Notes: generated by a model from the sequence alone, not told the origin. 64,000 nucleotides of DNA from Bacteroidales bacterium (GCA_963664245.1 OY760934.1:2412998-2476997), one strand, 5' to 3'; shown: positions 18,757-28,791, counted from the first letter of the stretch. Numbers and translations: made by a program.

Positions 18757-18886
18757 GTTTGGTCGCTGTTTATTGAAAACTCGAACTAAAATCTAATTGC
18801 CTGATAAAAAGTGAAGAGAAAATAAATTTCTTTTCAAATTTACCACTTTTTGCCCTATGTTTTTTATTGCGTGTTGTAGTCCGTAA

Positions 18887-19210
18887 TTACTTAATTTTCG
18901 TTGACTTTATATCTTTTTTCTCTGAAAAAACAATCTCATTAATCAATTCTTTGTTTTTTAAAACAGTATCACTCATATCACTTTGTTTTTGAATTACATT
19001 ATTCAGCCTTTCAATAATTTCTGGGCTATAATCCTTATTATGGTCTTGAACTAAAAATATTATACTAATTGTACCATAAACAAGTCCAATTATTGCAATA
19101 ATAAAAGCAATCACATTTAATCTATTCAGTTTTTTGCTTTGTTTGTGCTGTTCAATTGATATTTTATTAATTTTATGTTCTTCTTCCAGTCGAGATGAAC
19201 CAATTATCAA
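18887..19210 (-). CDS. hypothetical membrane-anchored protein
   Basis: 107-aa ORF with a TTG start, one TM helix (VIAFIIAIIGLVYGTISIIFLV) and charged flanks. No recognisable family and no partner gene. Confidence 0.4.
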   Translation of the reverse strand: MIIGSSRLEEEHKINKISIEQHKQSKKLNRLNVIAFIIAIIGLVYGTISIIFLVQDHNKDYSPEIIERLNNVIQKQSDMSDTVLKNKELINEIVFSEKKDIKSTKIK

Positions 19211-19454
19211 ATCAACCTCACTTTGCTTTAATGTCTTGAATTACTCTCTCCATTTTTTTAATAAGAAACCATAATTCCAATTCATTCCCATATGACCATT
19301 CAAAGAATGGCGGGACATTATTGAGTTTTTGGGGATCCCCCTCTGTTTAAATATTGGAAAGTCAATTTTTATTGAGAATGGACTATATGTGGACTTTTTA
19401 TATAAACAAAAAATCGCAAAGCATTTATTAAAAATACTTTACGATTTAAATTAG

Positions 19455-19528
19455 TGGAGCATATCGGAGTCGAACCGATGACCTCTTGACTGCCAGTCAA
19501 ACGCTCTAGCCAACTGAGCTAATGCCCC
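19455..19528 (-). tRNA. tRNA-Ala (anticodon GGC)
   Basis: Reverse complement GGGGCATTAGCTCAGTTGGCTAGAGCGTTTGACTGGCAGTCAAGAGGTCATCGGTTCGACTCCGATATGCTCCA folds as a cloverleaf. Anticodon loop is CTGGCAG. The G3:U70 Ala identity pair is present. CCA is not encoded. Confidence 0.93.
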
Positions 19529-19602
19529 AAAAAGTAAAAAACTTTCGAAGTGCAAAAATATAAATATTTCCTACATTTACGCTCTTATCCTAAATTTTTT
19601 TA

Positions 19603-20160
19603 ATGAAACGACTTTTTTTAGCCATCAAAATATTGCCAACCGATAATTTTATGGATGTTTATTCGTCTTTAAAAAATGAATTGAAACATGAAAAAATTAA
19701 ATGGGTTGAACCGTATAACCTGCATTTAACCCTGAAGTTTTTTGGTGAAACTGAAGATGAAAAGATTGATTCAATTATTGAAAAGATTTCGGAGTCTGTC
19801 AGCCGAACCGAACAATTCTCCTTTGAAGTTGAAGAAATCGGGATATTTGGCAGCAGCTATAATCCCAAGGTTTTGTGGGCAGGGATTTCCTGTTCGAAAA
19901 ATATTATTAACCTTGAAAACTTAATATCGGAAGGGCTTAGTGAAATAGGTTACGTTAAAGACCGTCAAAATTTTGTACCGCATTTAACTCTGGGGCGGAT
20001 TAAATATTTATCGGATAAAACCTTATTCCAATCAATAGCTGATGATTATAAAAACGAATATTTCCAAGAACAAAAAGTAAGTGAATTGTATTTGTTCGAA
20101 AGCATATTAAAAAAAGAAGGACCGCAATATAGTATTGTAAAATCGTTTCCTCTAAGATAA
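19603..20160 (+). CDS. thpR: RNA 2',3'-cyclic phosphodiesterase (2H phosphoesterase, LigT/ThpR)
   Basis: 185-aa ORF with the two H-x-T-x motifs of the 2H superfamily (HLTLKF and HLTLGR). Confidence 0.85.
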   Translation: MKRLFLAIKILPTDNFMDVYSSLKNELKHEKIKWVEPYNLHLTLKFFGETEDEKIDSIIEKISESVSRTEQFSFEVEEIGIFGSSYNPKVLWAGISCSKNIINLENLISEGLSEIGYVKDRQNFVPHLTLGRIKYLSDKTLFQSIADDYKNEYFQEQKVSELYLFESILKKEGPQYSIVKSFPLR

Positions 20161-20190
20161 AAAAAGGGAGTTTTACAACCCCCTTTTTTT
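20161..20190. terminator. possible bidirectional intrinsic terminator
   Basis: aaaaAGGGAGttttacaaCCCCCTttttttt between convergent genes. The stem is imperfect (one A.C mismatch), with an A-run before it and a T-run after it. Confidence 0.45.
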
Positions 20191-20206
20191 ATCTTTTTAA
20201 GTATCC

Positions 20207-20542
20207 TTATAAGCCTTTATTTTCCTTTTTTTCAATGAAGTAATTGATGATTAGCCCCAATCCTCCAAATAAAAAGATCATTGAAAAATATGCCACTTCT
20301 TCTTGTAAACGAGTGTAAGCTTCAAGGATGTTTCCTAAAAGAATACCAATGGCAACACCTACAAATAGCATCCCGAATTTTAATGCTGTAGAGCTGTTTT
20401 TCTTGGTTATGAAATAGTTTGCGTCTGCGCCTTTTTCCAGCAGAGCCATTCTTTCTTTTCTTCTTATGCCTAAATAAACAATTGCGTATATGAAACCAAA
20501 GATTACCGCTATTATTAATGAGGCAGCTATTCCGTCATGCAT
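20207..20542 (-). CDS. small integral membrane protein (3 TM)
   Basis: 111-aa ORF with three hydrophobic helices and a RRKERMALLEKG linker, divergent from the ECF sigma gene. Confidence 0.65.
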   Translation of the reverse strand: MHDGIAASLIIAVIFGFIYAIVYLGIRRKERMALLEKGADANYFITKKNSSTALKFGMLFVGVAIGILLGNILEAYTRLQEEVAYFSMIFLFGGLGLIINYFIEKKENKGL

Positions 20543-20663
20543 TTTCTTCTGTTTTTAATTAATAATTTTTTTATCTACTTCTATGACGCTAATTTTTTTT
20601 CCAGGTTACAAAACGGAATCTAATTTAGTGATTTATTGAACGCCATTTTCTTTTTTTATATAT

Positions 20664-20689
20664 TGTAACCATCTTTAATGAGTGGCGTC
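20664..20689 (+). promoter_or_regulatory. candidate ECF-type promoter (TGTAAC-N16-CGTC)
   Basis: tgtaac (20664-69) and cgtc (20686-89) fit the general ECF -35 AAC / -10 CGT pattern. The -10 lies about 12 nt before the sigma-factor start codon, which would make a very short leader. Confidence 0.3.
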
Positions 20690-20700
20690 TAAAAACATGA

Positions 20701-21276
20701 ATGATGCAACAAAAAGATATATACTATATTGATAAAGTGTTGAATGGCGATAGTGGATCTTTTGCCGTATTGGTAAATCGCTATAAAAATATGGTGTTTA
20801 CCATTGTTAAACGGATTTTGAAAAGCCACGAAGATGCTGAAGAAGTTGCACAGGATGTATTTATTAAGGCGTATCAATCGTTGAATAAATTTAAGAAAGA
20901 AGCAAAATTCTCTACTTGGTTATACCGGATTGCCTTTAATACGGCGGTTTCAAAAACCAGGAAGAAAAAATTTGAAGTCTCGGCAATTGATGATAATATG
21001 GTAGAAAATTACACCCATGATGATTTGGTTGAAGAACTTGATGAATTTGCTTACGAGGATCGAAAAAAATATTTTGAAAATGCCTTAAAAAAGATACCAC
21101 AAGAAGATGCTTTGTTACTTACCATGTTTTACATGGAAGAACAAACCATCGAAGAGATAAGTACGGTCACTGGCTTATCGGCATCAAATGTTAAAGTAAA
21201 ATTGCACCGTATTCGAAAAAAATTATATCAAACAATTGACGAAATGATTAAATTAAGGGTTGGAGAAACCCTTTAA
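20701..21276 (+). CDS. RNA polymerase ECF-type sigma-70 factor
   Basis: 191-aa ORF with region 2 (FAVLVNRYKNMVFTIVKRIL..EDAEEVAQDVFIKAY...FSTWLYRIAFN) and region 4 (EEQTIEEISTVTGLSASNVKVKLHRIRKKL). Confidence 0.9.
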   Translation: MMQQKDIYYIDKVLNGDSGSFAVLVNRYKNMVFTIVKRILKSHEDAEEVAQDVFIKAYQSLNKFKKEAKFSTWLYRIAFNTAVSKTRKKKFEVSAIDDNMVENYTHDDLVEELDEFAYEDRKKYFENALKKIPQEDALLLTMFYMEEQTIEEISTVTGLSASNVKVKLHRIRKKLYQTIDEMIKLRVGETL

Positions 21277-21290
21277 AAAAGGAGGTTGAA

Positions 21291-21725
21291 ATGGGAAACA
21301 ATGAAAATTTAAAAGATGATTTCTTGAAAGGGATGTTCAAAAAGTCTTCTTTAGAAAGTCCTTCAGATGATTTTACAGCTACTGTAATGAACCGTATACA
21401 GACAGAAGTTGTACAACGCGCGGAAGACAGTAAGCCAATTATTGAAACAAAATACTGGATCATTATAATTTCGGGAATTCTTGTTGCAGCTTATGTTTTG
21501 TTTCAGATGGATTGGTCTTTTCTGGAAACACTATTTGCTTCGGTAAATATTGACGCTGTTGAATTGCCAAAAGTTTCATTTTCTTTCTTGGATGGCATAA
21601 AAGATCTTTTAAGCGGCATACAAATCCCGTCTATACTTTTAATTGTAATCGCGGCGATAGCTTCGTTATTTACCATTGATCGTATTTTAAAACAACGAAT
21701 GAATTTAAACCTGCTTTTCTTTTAG
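21291..21725 (+). CDS. membrane protein, putative anti-sigma factor (by position only)
   Basis: 144-aa ORF 14 nt after the sigma gene, with a cytoplasmic N-terminus and two TM helices. No zf-HC2 motif is present. Confidence 0.55.
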   Translation: MGNNENLKDDFLKGMFKKSSLESPSDDFTATVMNRIQTEVVQRAEDSKPIIETKYWIIIISGILVAAYVLFQMDWSFLETLFASVNIDAVELPKVSFSFLDGIKDLLSGIQIPSILLIVIAAIASLFTIDRILKQRMNLNLLFF

Positions 21726-21753
21726 TTTTCTATATTTATAGAAAATTGAAGAA

Positions 21754-22629
21754 ATGTTACCAGAAATAATAAAGAATAAATTGGAAGAAATCCTGAGGGC
21801 TGAACATGCAGGCTTCAGGATTTTTTCGTCTTCCCCATTAGGCGGAGGTGACATCAATCGGGCGGCCAGGCTGGAAACATCTGTAGGGAATTTATTTATA
21901 AAATGGAACCGAGCCGACCTTTACCCCGGAATGTTTGACAAAGAAGCCAAAGGGTTGAATTTATTGAACGCCGCCAATGTGATCCAAATTCCCGAAGTAT
22001 TACTAAGCGGACTTGCAGGCAATCATGCTTTTCTTTGCCTGGAGTTTATCGAATCCGGTTCGCCGGGAACCGATTTTTGGAAAAATTTTGGACGGAGCCT
22101 GGCAAAACTTCATCAAGACAGCAACGATTTTTTTGGGTTGGATCACGATAATTACATCGGTTCTTTACCGCAAGCAAACAAAAATTATTCTTGCTGGATT
22201 GATTTTTTTATCGAGCAAAGAATAAATTTTCAGCTTGAGCTGGCACGCAATTCCGGATTGATCGACAGGGGTGTTATTAAGGCTGCTGAGCGCATGTTCG
22301 GGCGGCTCAATGAAATCATCCCCGTCGAACAACCTTCGTTGCTTCACGGCGATTTATGGAGCGGAAATTTTATGGTCTCAAATCGTGGGGAGGCTTGCCT
22401 GATCGATCCGGCTGTTTATTACGGTCACCGCGAAATGGATATTGCCATGACCCGCTTGTTTGACGGCTTCTCGGCAGCGTTCTACGAGTATTACAACGAA
22501 GAATATCCGATGGAAAAAGGATGGGAAAACCGTCTGGAAATCTTCAATCTTTACCCCCTTTTGGTTCACGTCAATTTGTTTGGTAGAGCTTATGTTTCGC
22601 AGGTATCTTCCATCCTTCGTAAATTTTGA
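21754..22629 (+). CDS. fructosamine/ketosamine-3-kinase family protein
   Basis: 291-aa ORF with GGDINRAARLET, FIKWN and LLHGDLWSGN (aminoglycoside-kinase-like catalytic loop), characteristic of the Fructosamin_kin family. Confidence 0.85.
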   Translation: MLPEIIKNKLEEILRAEHAGFRIFSSSPLGGGDINRAARLETSVGNLFIKWNRADLYPGMFDKEAKGLNLLNAANVIQIPEVLLSGLAGNHAFLCLEFIESGSPGTDFWKNFGRSLAKLHQDSNDFFGLDHDNYIGSLPQANKNYSCWIDFFIEQRINFQLELARNSGLIDRGVIKAAERMFGRLNEIIPVEQPSLLHGDLWSGNFMVSNRGEACLIDPAVYYGHREMDIAMTRLFDGFSAAFYEYYNEEYPMEKGWENRLEIFNLYPLLVHVNLFGRAYVSQVSSILRKF

Positions 22630-22650
22630 TGTGCATTAAAAAATCAAATG

Positions 22651-22682
22651 ATTGGTAAAAACCTGATTAAGTAGTATTTTTG
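22651..22682 (+). promoter_or_regulatory. candidate Bacteroidota sigma-A promoter for glnS
   Basis: TATTTTTG (22675-82) fits TAnnTTTG, and ATTG lies 20 nt upstream. The box ends 19 nt before the glnS ATG. Confidence 0.35.
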
Positions 22683-22701
22683 CTAACTTAAATTTTCCGA
22701 T

Positions 22702-24405
22702 ATGAATAAGAATAGAGCAGAGGACGAACCGGCCAAAAAGCCTTCGTTAAATTTTATTGAGCAAAAGATTGAAAAAGAATTAGCGGAAGGTAAACACCAG
22801 GGAAGGGTTCACACCCGTTTTCCCCCTGAGCCAAACGGTTATTTGCACATCGGTCATGCAAAAGCCATTTGTATTAGTTACGGCATTGCCGAAAAATATA
22901 ATGGCCTGTACAACCTTCGCTTTGATGATACAAACCCGGTGAAAGAAGATGTGGAGTATGTTGACTCCATCCAGGAAGATATTAAATGGTTGGGCTTTGA
23001 CTGGGAGGATCGCATGTATTATGCTTCGGATTATTTTGACCAGCTGTACGAATGGGCCCTGAAATTAATTAAAGAAGGCAAGGCTTATGTTGATGATCAA
23101 TCGGCTGAACAAATCTCTGCTAGCCGTGGAACGCCGACTAAACCCGGAACTCCCAGCCCGCACCGTGAGCGTTCGGTAGAAGAAAACCAGGATTTGTTTG
23201 AACGCATGAAAAACGGGGAATTTCCTGACGGGGCCAAAGTTTTACGGGCCAAAATCGACATGGCTTCTCCCAATATGCAAATGCGCGATCCGGTGATGTA
23301 CCGCATTCTGCACGCCACTCACCACCGTACCGGCGATAAATGGTGCATTTACCCCATGTACGATTGGGCGCATGGACAGTCAGACTATATTGAGGGCATT
23401 ACCAATTCGTTGTGTTCGTTAGAATTTGAAATTCATCGCCCCTTATATAACTGGTATCTGGATCAAATTGTGGAAGGGAAATACCGTCCCGAGCAAACCG
23501 AGTTTGCCCGTTTGAACCTGACTTATACCGTAATGAGTAAGCGTAAGCTCTTGCAACTGGTTGAAGAAAAACATGTAAATGGCTGGGATGATCCGCGGAT
23601 GCCTACCATTTCGGGTTTCCGCAGAAGAGGTTATACGCCCGAGTCTATCCGCAACTTTGCCGATAAAATCGGGGTTGCCAAACGCGATAATGTGATCGAT
23701 GTTGCTTTGCTGGAACACGCTGTTCGTGAGGATTTGAACAAAAAAGCAAATCGGGTAATGGCCGTTCTCGATCCCTTAAAAGTTATCATCACCAATTATC
23801 CCGAAGGAAAAATTGAAGAGTTGGAAGGCATCAACAATCCGGAAGATGAAAATGCCGGAAAACGGAGCATCCCGTTTGGCCGTGAAATTTATATCGAATG
23901 CAACGACTTTATGGAAGATGCGCCGAGTAAGTTTTTCCGCCTGGCACCGGGTCGTGAGGTTCGCTTAAAATACGCTTATTTTATTAAATGCGAGGAGGTG
24001 GTTAAAGACGAAGATGGCAATATTGTTGAGCTGCATTGTACCTACGATCCGGAAACGAAAAGCGGTTCGGGCAATGTAACCCGTAAGGTTAAGGGCACCA
24101 TCCATTGGGTGGAATGTACCACTGCTTTGCAAGCCGAAATCCGTTTGTACGACCGCTTGTTTATTTCTGAAACACCCGATGTTGCCGAAGAAGGTAAAAC
24201 GTTTCTGGATAACCTGAACCCTGATTCTTTAAAAACCGTTACTGCTTTTGTTGAACCTTCTGTGAAAGATGCGAACCCCATGGATAAGGTTCAGTTTGAA
24301 CGCACGGGTTATTTTTGTGTAGATAAAGATTCAACGGCGGGGAAAATTGTATTTAATCGTACGGTTCCGCTACGAGATTCGTGGGCCAAACAGGCCAATA
24401 AATAA
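22702..24405 (+). CDS. glnS: glutamine--tRNA ligase
   Basis: 567-aa ORF with class-I signatures HIGHAK and VMSKRK. GlnRS-type blocks are present ([30 protein letters not shown]). Confidence 0.95.
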   Translation: MNKNRAEDEPAKKPSLNFIEQKIEKELAEGKHQGRVHTRFPPEPNGYLHIGHAKAICISYGIAEKYNGLYNLRFDDTNPVKEDVEYVDSIQEDIKWLGFDWEDRMYYASDYFDQLYEWALKLIKEGKAYVDDQSAEQISASRGTPTKPGTPSPHRERSVEENQDLFERMKNGEFPDGAKVLRAKIDMASPNMQMRDPVMYRILHATHHRTGDKWCIYPMYDWAHGQSDYIEGITNSLCSLEFEIHRPLYNWYLDQIVEGKYRPEQTEFARLNLTYTVMSKRKLLQLVEEKHVNGWDDPRMPTISGFRRRGYTPESIRNFADKIGVAKRDNVIDVALLEHAVREDLNKKANRVMAVLDPLKVIITNYPEGKIEELEGINNPEDENAGKRSIPFGREIYIECNDFMEDAPSKFFRLAPGREVRLKYAYFIKCEEVVKDEDGNIVELHCTYDPETKSGSGNVTRKVKGTIHWVECTTALQAEIRLYDRLFISETPDVAEEGKTFLDNLNPDSLKTVTAFVEPSVKDANPMDKVQFERTGYFCVDKDSTAGKIVFNRTVPLRDSWAKQANK

Positions 24406-24410
24406 AACAA

Positions 24411-24441
24411 AAAACCTTCAGGATTCCTGAAGGGTTTTTTG
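24411..24441. terminator. bidirectional intrinsic terminator
   Basis: aaaaCCTTCAGGattCCTGAAGGgtttttt: perfect 8-bp stem with an A-run and a T-run. It sits between glnS (+) and tRNA-Cys (-). Confidence 0.8.
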
Positions 24442-24444
24442 TTG

Positions 24445-24515
24445 AGGTCTCGAGCGGATTCGAACCGCTGTACAAGGTTTTGCAGACCTCTGCCTAACCA
24501 CTCGGCCACGAGACC
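24445..24515 (-). tRNA. tRNA-Cys (anticodon GCA)
   Basis: Reverse complement GGTCTCGTGGCCGAGTGGTTAGGCAGAGGTCTGCAAAACCTTGTACAGCGGTTCGAATCCGCTCGAGACCT. Perfect 7-bp acceptor stem, anticodon loop CTGCAAA, discriminator U73 as expected for Cys. Confidence 0.93.
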
Positions 24516-24579
24516 ATTTATTTTGGAGTGCAAAGATACATTTTTTTTAAATATTCACAAGCTTTTTAGGCCGTGCCCT

Positions 24580-25983
24580 TTAAGGTATGTACGGATACGA
24601 ATCGATGGTGTGAAAGGTTTTAAAATAGGTGACCCCTTTTTTTATTGTGACATTCAAATCGTAATTATTATTTTCCTTATCTCCCGTTGTATTTAAGGTT
24701 AGCTGATGGTTTCCTTCTGGTAACGAAATCCGGCTGTAAGAAACGGAAAATGGCAGGGTTTGCCAGTTCCGGGTATCTGCTTTTTCGGTGGCCGTATTTA
24801 CCAGTCCGACTAAAAATCCAAGGTTCTTGTCTTTATCCCTTACTTTATTTTCAATGGCTTTTTTGACTGCCACCCGTAAAATGGTGTTGCCTAATTCACG
24901 GAACATCCGGTCGTTGATTACTTTAAACGCTATAGCGTTGATGTTTTCCGACAGCTCAACAGGATATTCGATGCTATCGTTTATTTGTAACCAGGCCTGC
25001 TGATACACGGGTGGACGTGTTGAATATTTTGGAAACGGAATACGGGTAAAGCTTAAATCACTGAGCTTACTTTGGTCATCATCCGAAATACTTTCTAATG
25101 GAAAGGCAAAATTCATGTCCATTTCTTCGTTCACAAAACTTATCATCCCGAACTCGTCTTCCATTTTGGTCAGGGTAACCCCCCACTCCGATTTGACGGG
25201 ACCTAAGCCGTTCAGCCAAAAGAAAACCAGGTTGCCGTTTTCGGGGTTTTCGGCCTCGTATTTAATGCCGAATTTATCTTCATAAAATTGCACCTCATCA
25301 AAAAATCCTGTTTTATAAGCGGTTCTAACAATATCATATTTAAGCTGCTCGGGAACCCCAACCTCAAAATTTTTCAGGTAATCGCTTTCGTAAATTTCAA
25401 AAGCGTTGCGGTAGGCAATAAAAGCGTTGTTGTAATCTTTTTGAGCATCGTAAATCAGCCCCATTAATAAATGAATAAACGCATCGCGTTGGTAGCGATT
25501 TTTGTGGTCCTTGTATTTGTCGTTCAGTTCATTTAGTTTGATGTTTGCCCGGCGGCATTCAACCAATGCATTTTCCCATTTCCCCAAGGCGATGAAGTTC
25601 ATGCTTTGGTAAAAATTAATCATCACTATTTCAAAATCTTCGGGCATATAGGGCCGTGCCATTGGGTTAGAAATCAACACAAGTGCCTCGGTTCCAATTT
25701 TCTTTTTGTAATCTTCGATGATAATATCAGCTTCTTTAAAAAACTCAATGCTTTGTTCGTAATTGCCGAGCATGTGGTTGAGCACTCCGCGGTCGAGCAA
25801 ATAAAGAATGCGGTTTTTACCGTCTTTTAATTTGTCGTCGTTGGCTAATAATTCATCAGCTTTTTCAAGATTTCCGGACTGAAAATGGTTGTAAACCGAG
25901 ATATATTTCTGGTGCCAGGTTACACACCCTGCCAGCATGATAATAGCTGTAGCAACAAAAAATATATGCTTGTGAATTTTCAT
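24580..25983 (-). CDS. TPR-containing lipoprotein (COG3014-like, LpoB-associated)
   Basis: 467-aa ORF with lipobox MLAGC and TPR-like N-terminal half, immediately downstream of the LpoB-like gene. The family call is from memory. Confidence 0.7.
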   Translation of the reverse strand: MKIHKHIFFVATAIIMLAGCVTWHQKYISVYNHFQSGNLEKADELLANDDKLKDGKNRILYLLDRGVLNHMLGNYEQSIEFFKEADIIIEDYKKKIGTEALVLISNPMARPYMPEDFEIVMINFYQSMNFIALGKWENALVECRRANIKLNELNDKYKDHKNRYQRDAFIHLLMGLIYDAQKDYNNAFIAYRNAFEIYESDYLKNFEVGVPEQLKYDIVRTAYKTGFFDEVQFYEDKFGIKYEAENPENGNLVFFWLNGLGPVKSEWGVTLTKMEDEFGMISFVNEEMDMNFAFPLESISDDDQSKLSDLSFTRIPFPKYSTRPPVYQQAWLQINDSIEYPVELSENINAIAFKVINDRMFRELGNTILRVAVKKAIENKVRDKDKNLGFLVGLVNTATEKADTRNWQTLPFSVSYSRISLPEGNHQLTLNTTGDKENNNYDLNVTIKKGVTYFKTFHTIDSYPYIP

Positions 25984-26034
25984 AAGTGATTGAAAATTAG
26001 AAAAGAAAAGCAGGAATTTCTTTCCTGCTATGCA

Positions 26035-26628
26035 TTAGTTTGTAATGAGCTTTTTAATTTTTTCATCACCAATCCATACCACTTCATTGGTTTCCAGGTT
26101 GGTTAATTCCAAATCGATTTGGTAATAAACCACTTTTTGTTTGCCTTGTGAGTCAACAATTGAATTAATGGTTCCGTGCAACATAAAATCAGCACCTAGT
26201 TCACGTCCCCATTGTTTCATGGTTTCCGGAGAGGCATAATCTTGTTGGTCTTGGCGTTCGAACCTTAGTTCTTCGCGTTTATCGCCACCCTGGATAAGCC
26301 TTACAGATCCGGTACGGATGAACGCTTTTTCAATGTCTTTCACAAAGGTTTCGGCATTGATGTGTTCGTGGCTTTTGTTTCTCATGGTTCCAACGATAAC
26401 CTTTGGGCGTTCCCCATTATTTTTTTGGTTGTAGTCACGAATCCAGCGATCGTTTAAAATCTGGTTTGTAATATCCTGAGCCGTACGCCAGGAGTCGGTG
26501 TCGTTCCAACGGCCGCTCAAATCAATTTGTTCGTCGTGAGCTACACGCTGAACCTGATGCTGAGTGTTACAAGAAAAAAGAAATGTAGATACCAAAAGGA
26601 CGGTTAAAATTTTGATGGGTGTTTTCAT
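26035..26628 (-). CDS. penicillin-binding protein activator LpoB-like lipoprotein
   Basis: 197-aa ORF with lipobox LFSC. Blocks RWNDTDS, PKVIVGTMRNKSHEHI, ADFMLHGTINSI and YYQIDLELTNLETNEVVW match the LpoB/YcfM family pattern. Confidence 0.75.
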   Translation of the reverse strand: MKTPIKILTVLLVSTFLFSCNTQHQVQRVAHDEQIDLSGRWNDTDSWRTAQDITNQILNDRWIRDYNQKNNGERPKVIVGTMRNKSHEHINAETFVKDIEKAFIRTGSVRLIQGGDKREELRFERQDQQDYASPETMKQWGRELGADFMLHGTINSIVDSQGKQKVVYYQIDLELTNLETNEVVWIGDEKIKKLITN

Positions 26629-26725
26629 ATCTGTCTATTTAAATTTTATTCAATGTTTTGTCTTCAAAGTTAATAATCGCTAATTATTTAAAGATGTTAA
26701 ATTAAACAAATATTGTTCCAAATGT

Positions 26726-26908
26726 TTAGTAATTATCTTCAATTAGTTTGGTGATGCATTTTTTGCAAAGGCAAGTTGAATACTTTGAATTGATTTGTTC
26801 GCGAACAGTTAGTGGTATTTCAATTTCGAAACACCAACATTTAGCTGATTTTGAACAATCAAATTGTTGACCACAGCGTGGGCATATATTTTTTTCTTCA
26901 AGTGACAT
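26726..26908 (-). CDS. cysteine-rich CWC-family small protein
   Basis: 60-aa ORF with CPRCG..FDCS...CWCFE...CLCKKC spacing. It lies 2 nt downstream of folB. Confidence 0.65.
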   Translation of the reverse strand: MSLEEKNICPRCGQQFDCSKSAKCWCFEIEIPLTVREQINSKYSTCLCKKCITKLIEDNY

Positions 26909-26910
26909 AA

Positions 26911-27261
26911 TTAGAGATTGAGTGTTAAGCTCACATTTTCCATTTTACCACCTAGGGGTGGGTTGAGTTTGGAAATTTTGATTTTGGCGTTTTCAATCTC
27001 CGGGAAATTTGCTTTTAGTTCATCCAGGATTCTACGACCAACATGCTCCAACAATTTCGATTTGATTTGCATTTGAGCTTTGACGATTTGAAAAACGGTT
27101 TGATAGTTTATCGTTTTCGAAAGGTCGTCGGTTTTTTCGGCTTCGCTGGTGTCGGATTTAATAAATAAATCGACCCGGAATTTTGTACCAATAATTTGTT
27201 CTTCTTTAAAACAACCGTGGTAGGCATAAAATTCCATTCCTTCGATTGAGATTGTTGCCAT
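26911..27261 (-). CDS. folB: dihydroneopterin aldolase
   Basis: 116-aa ORF with FYAYHGCFKEEQIIGTKFRVDL, INYQTV and LLEHV blocks typical of FolB. Confidence 0.85.
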   Translation of the reverse strand: MATISIEGMEFYAYHGCFKEEQIIGTKFRVDLFIKSDTSEAEKTDDLSKTINYQTVFQIVKAQMQIKSKLLEHVGRRILDELKANFPEIENAKIKISKLNPPLGGKMENVSLTLNL

Positions 27262-27264
27262 AAT

Positions 27265-28791
27265 TTATTTTTTTATCGTCTCTACAGCGTTATATATCCT
27301 GCTAAGGGCTTCATCCTTTCCAATTATTGCAATTATATCGAACAAATTTGGCCCCGAAGCCGCTCCAACCATTGATAGTCTAAGGCAATTGAGAATTTGA
27401 CCCATGTTCAGGTTTTTTGACTGAATAAATTCTTTTACGGCCGATTCTGTCGTTTCTGACGAAAATTCGGTGATGGATTCGAAAATTTTGGCAATTTCTT
27501 TCATTGAATCACTTACTCCTTCTTTCCACCTTTTTTTAATTACTTTTTCGTCGTACGATTTTGGAGGTTCAAAAAAGTAACACCCGAGTTCCCAAAAGTC
27601 GGTTATAAAGTTTGCCCTTTCTTTAATTAAAGAAACAACCTGGGTAATATAATTAATGTCTGCCGTGATTTCTTTTTTTTCTAAAATAGAGCCGAATTCT
27701 TTTGCTGCTTCTTCATCGGAAATCATTTGCAGGTATTGGTGGTTGAACCAACGTGCTTTTTCAGGATCGAACCTTGCTCCGGACTTTCCAATCCTATCAA
27801 GGCTAAATGCCTGTATTAATTCTTCTTCCGAAAATATTTCTTGTTCTGTACCGGAGTTCCAGCCTAGAAATGCCAGCATATTAATGAAGGCTTTTGGGAA
27901 ATACCCGGATTCTTTATATCCGGAGGAAATTTCGTTGGTTTCGGGGTTTGTCCATTCCATTGGGAATACAGGGAAGCCTCCTTTATCGCCGTCTCTTTTG
28001 CTTAATTTCCCTTTGCCGTCTGGTTTTAGGATGAGTGGCATGTGGACAAAAAGTGGTTGTTTCCAACCAAAGAAACGGTAAAGCAAAACATGCGAAGGCG
28101 TTGAATTTACCCATTCGGAGCCTCGGATGACGTGTGTAATCTGCATCAGGTGATCGTCTACGACATTTGCCAAATGGTAGGTAGGCATTCCGTCTGACTT
28201 AAAAAGAATTTTATCATCTAACTGGCTGGTGTGAAAAGAGATTTCTCCCAAGACTTCGTCGTTAAATATTACGTTCTCCTTGTCTGGAAGTTTTAACCGG
28301 ATAACATAAGGTTCGCCAGCATTTATTTTCTTTTCAACTTCTTCAGCAGATAAGGTCAATGAGTTTTTCATCGTAACCCTGGTTTCGGCGTTGTATTGTT
28401 GATTTGAACTACCTTCATTTTTTAGCCTTTCCCGCATTGCCTCAAGTTCTTCGGCGGTATCAAAAGCAATGTATGCGTTTCCTTCGCTAACCAGTTGTTC
28501 TGCGTATTTTTTATAAAGTGATTTTCGTTCAGATTGTCGGTAAGGTCCAAATTCCCCACTGGCTCCAACGCCTTCATTAGGTTCTATTCCACACCATTTT
28601 AGAGAATTAATAATGTATTCTTCGGCTCCCGGAACATAGCGGTTTTGGTCGGTATCTTCAATTCGTAATATAAAATCACCCTTGTTTTTTTTGGCAAACA
28701 AATAATTATATAATGCTGTTCGTACACCGCCAATATGCAATGGGCCTGTTGGGCTTGGTGCAAATCTTACTCTGATTTTTTCGGAATCCAT
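27265..28791 (-). CDS. gltX: glutamate--tRNA ligase
   Basis: 508-aa ORF with RFAPSPTGPLHIGGVRTALYNY (HIGH) and KLSKRDG (KMSKS). Confidence 0.95.
   Translation of the reverse strand: MDSEKIRVRFAPSPTGPLHIGGVRTALYNYLFAKKNKGDFILRIEDTDQNRYVPGAEEYIINSLKWCGIEPNEGVGASGEFGPYRQSERKSLYKKYAEQLVSEGNAYIAFDTAEELEAMRERLKNEGSSNQQYNAETRVTMKNSLTLSAEEVEKKINAGEPYVIRLKLPDKENVIFNDEVLGEISFHTSQLDDKILFKSDGMPTYHLANVVDDHLMQITHVIRGSEWVNSTPSHVLLYRFFGWKQPLFVHMPLILKPDGKGKLSKRDGDKGGFPVFPMEWTNPETNEISSGYKESGYFPKAFINMLAFLGWNSGTEQEIFSEEELIQAFSLDRIGKSGARFDPEKARWFNHQYLQMISDEEAAKEFGSILEKKEITADINYITQVVSLIKERANFITDFWELGCYFFEPPKSYDEKVIKKRWKEGVSDSMKEIAKIFESITEFSSETTESAVKEFIQSKNLNMGQILNCLRLSMVGAASGPNLFDIIAIIGKDEALSRIYNAVETIKK

Noticed and set aside
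19331-19340. A perfect 10-bp palindrome GGGGATCCCC sits in the spacer between the hypothetical gene and tRNA-Ala.
   Set aside because: It is a single isolated occurrence with no partner site and no obvious associated gene. It cannot form a looped hairpin.
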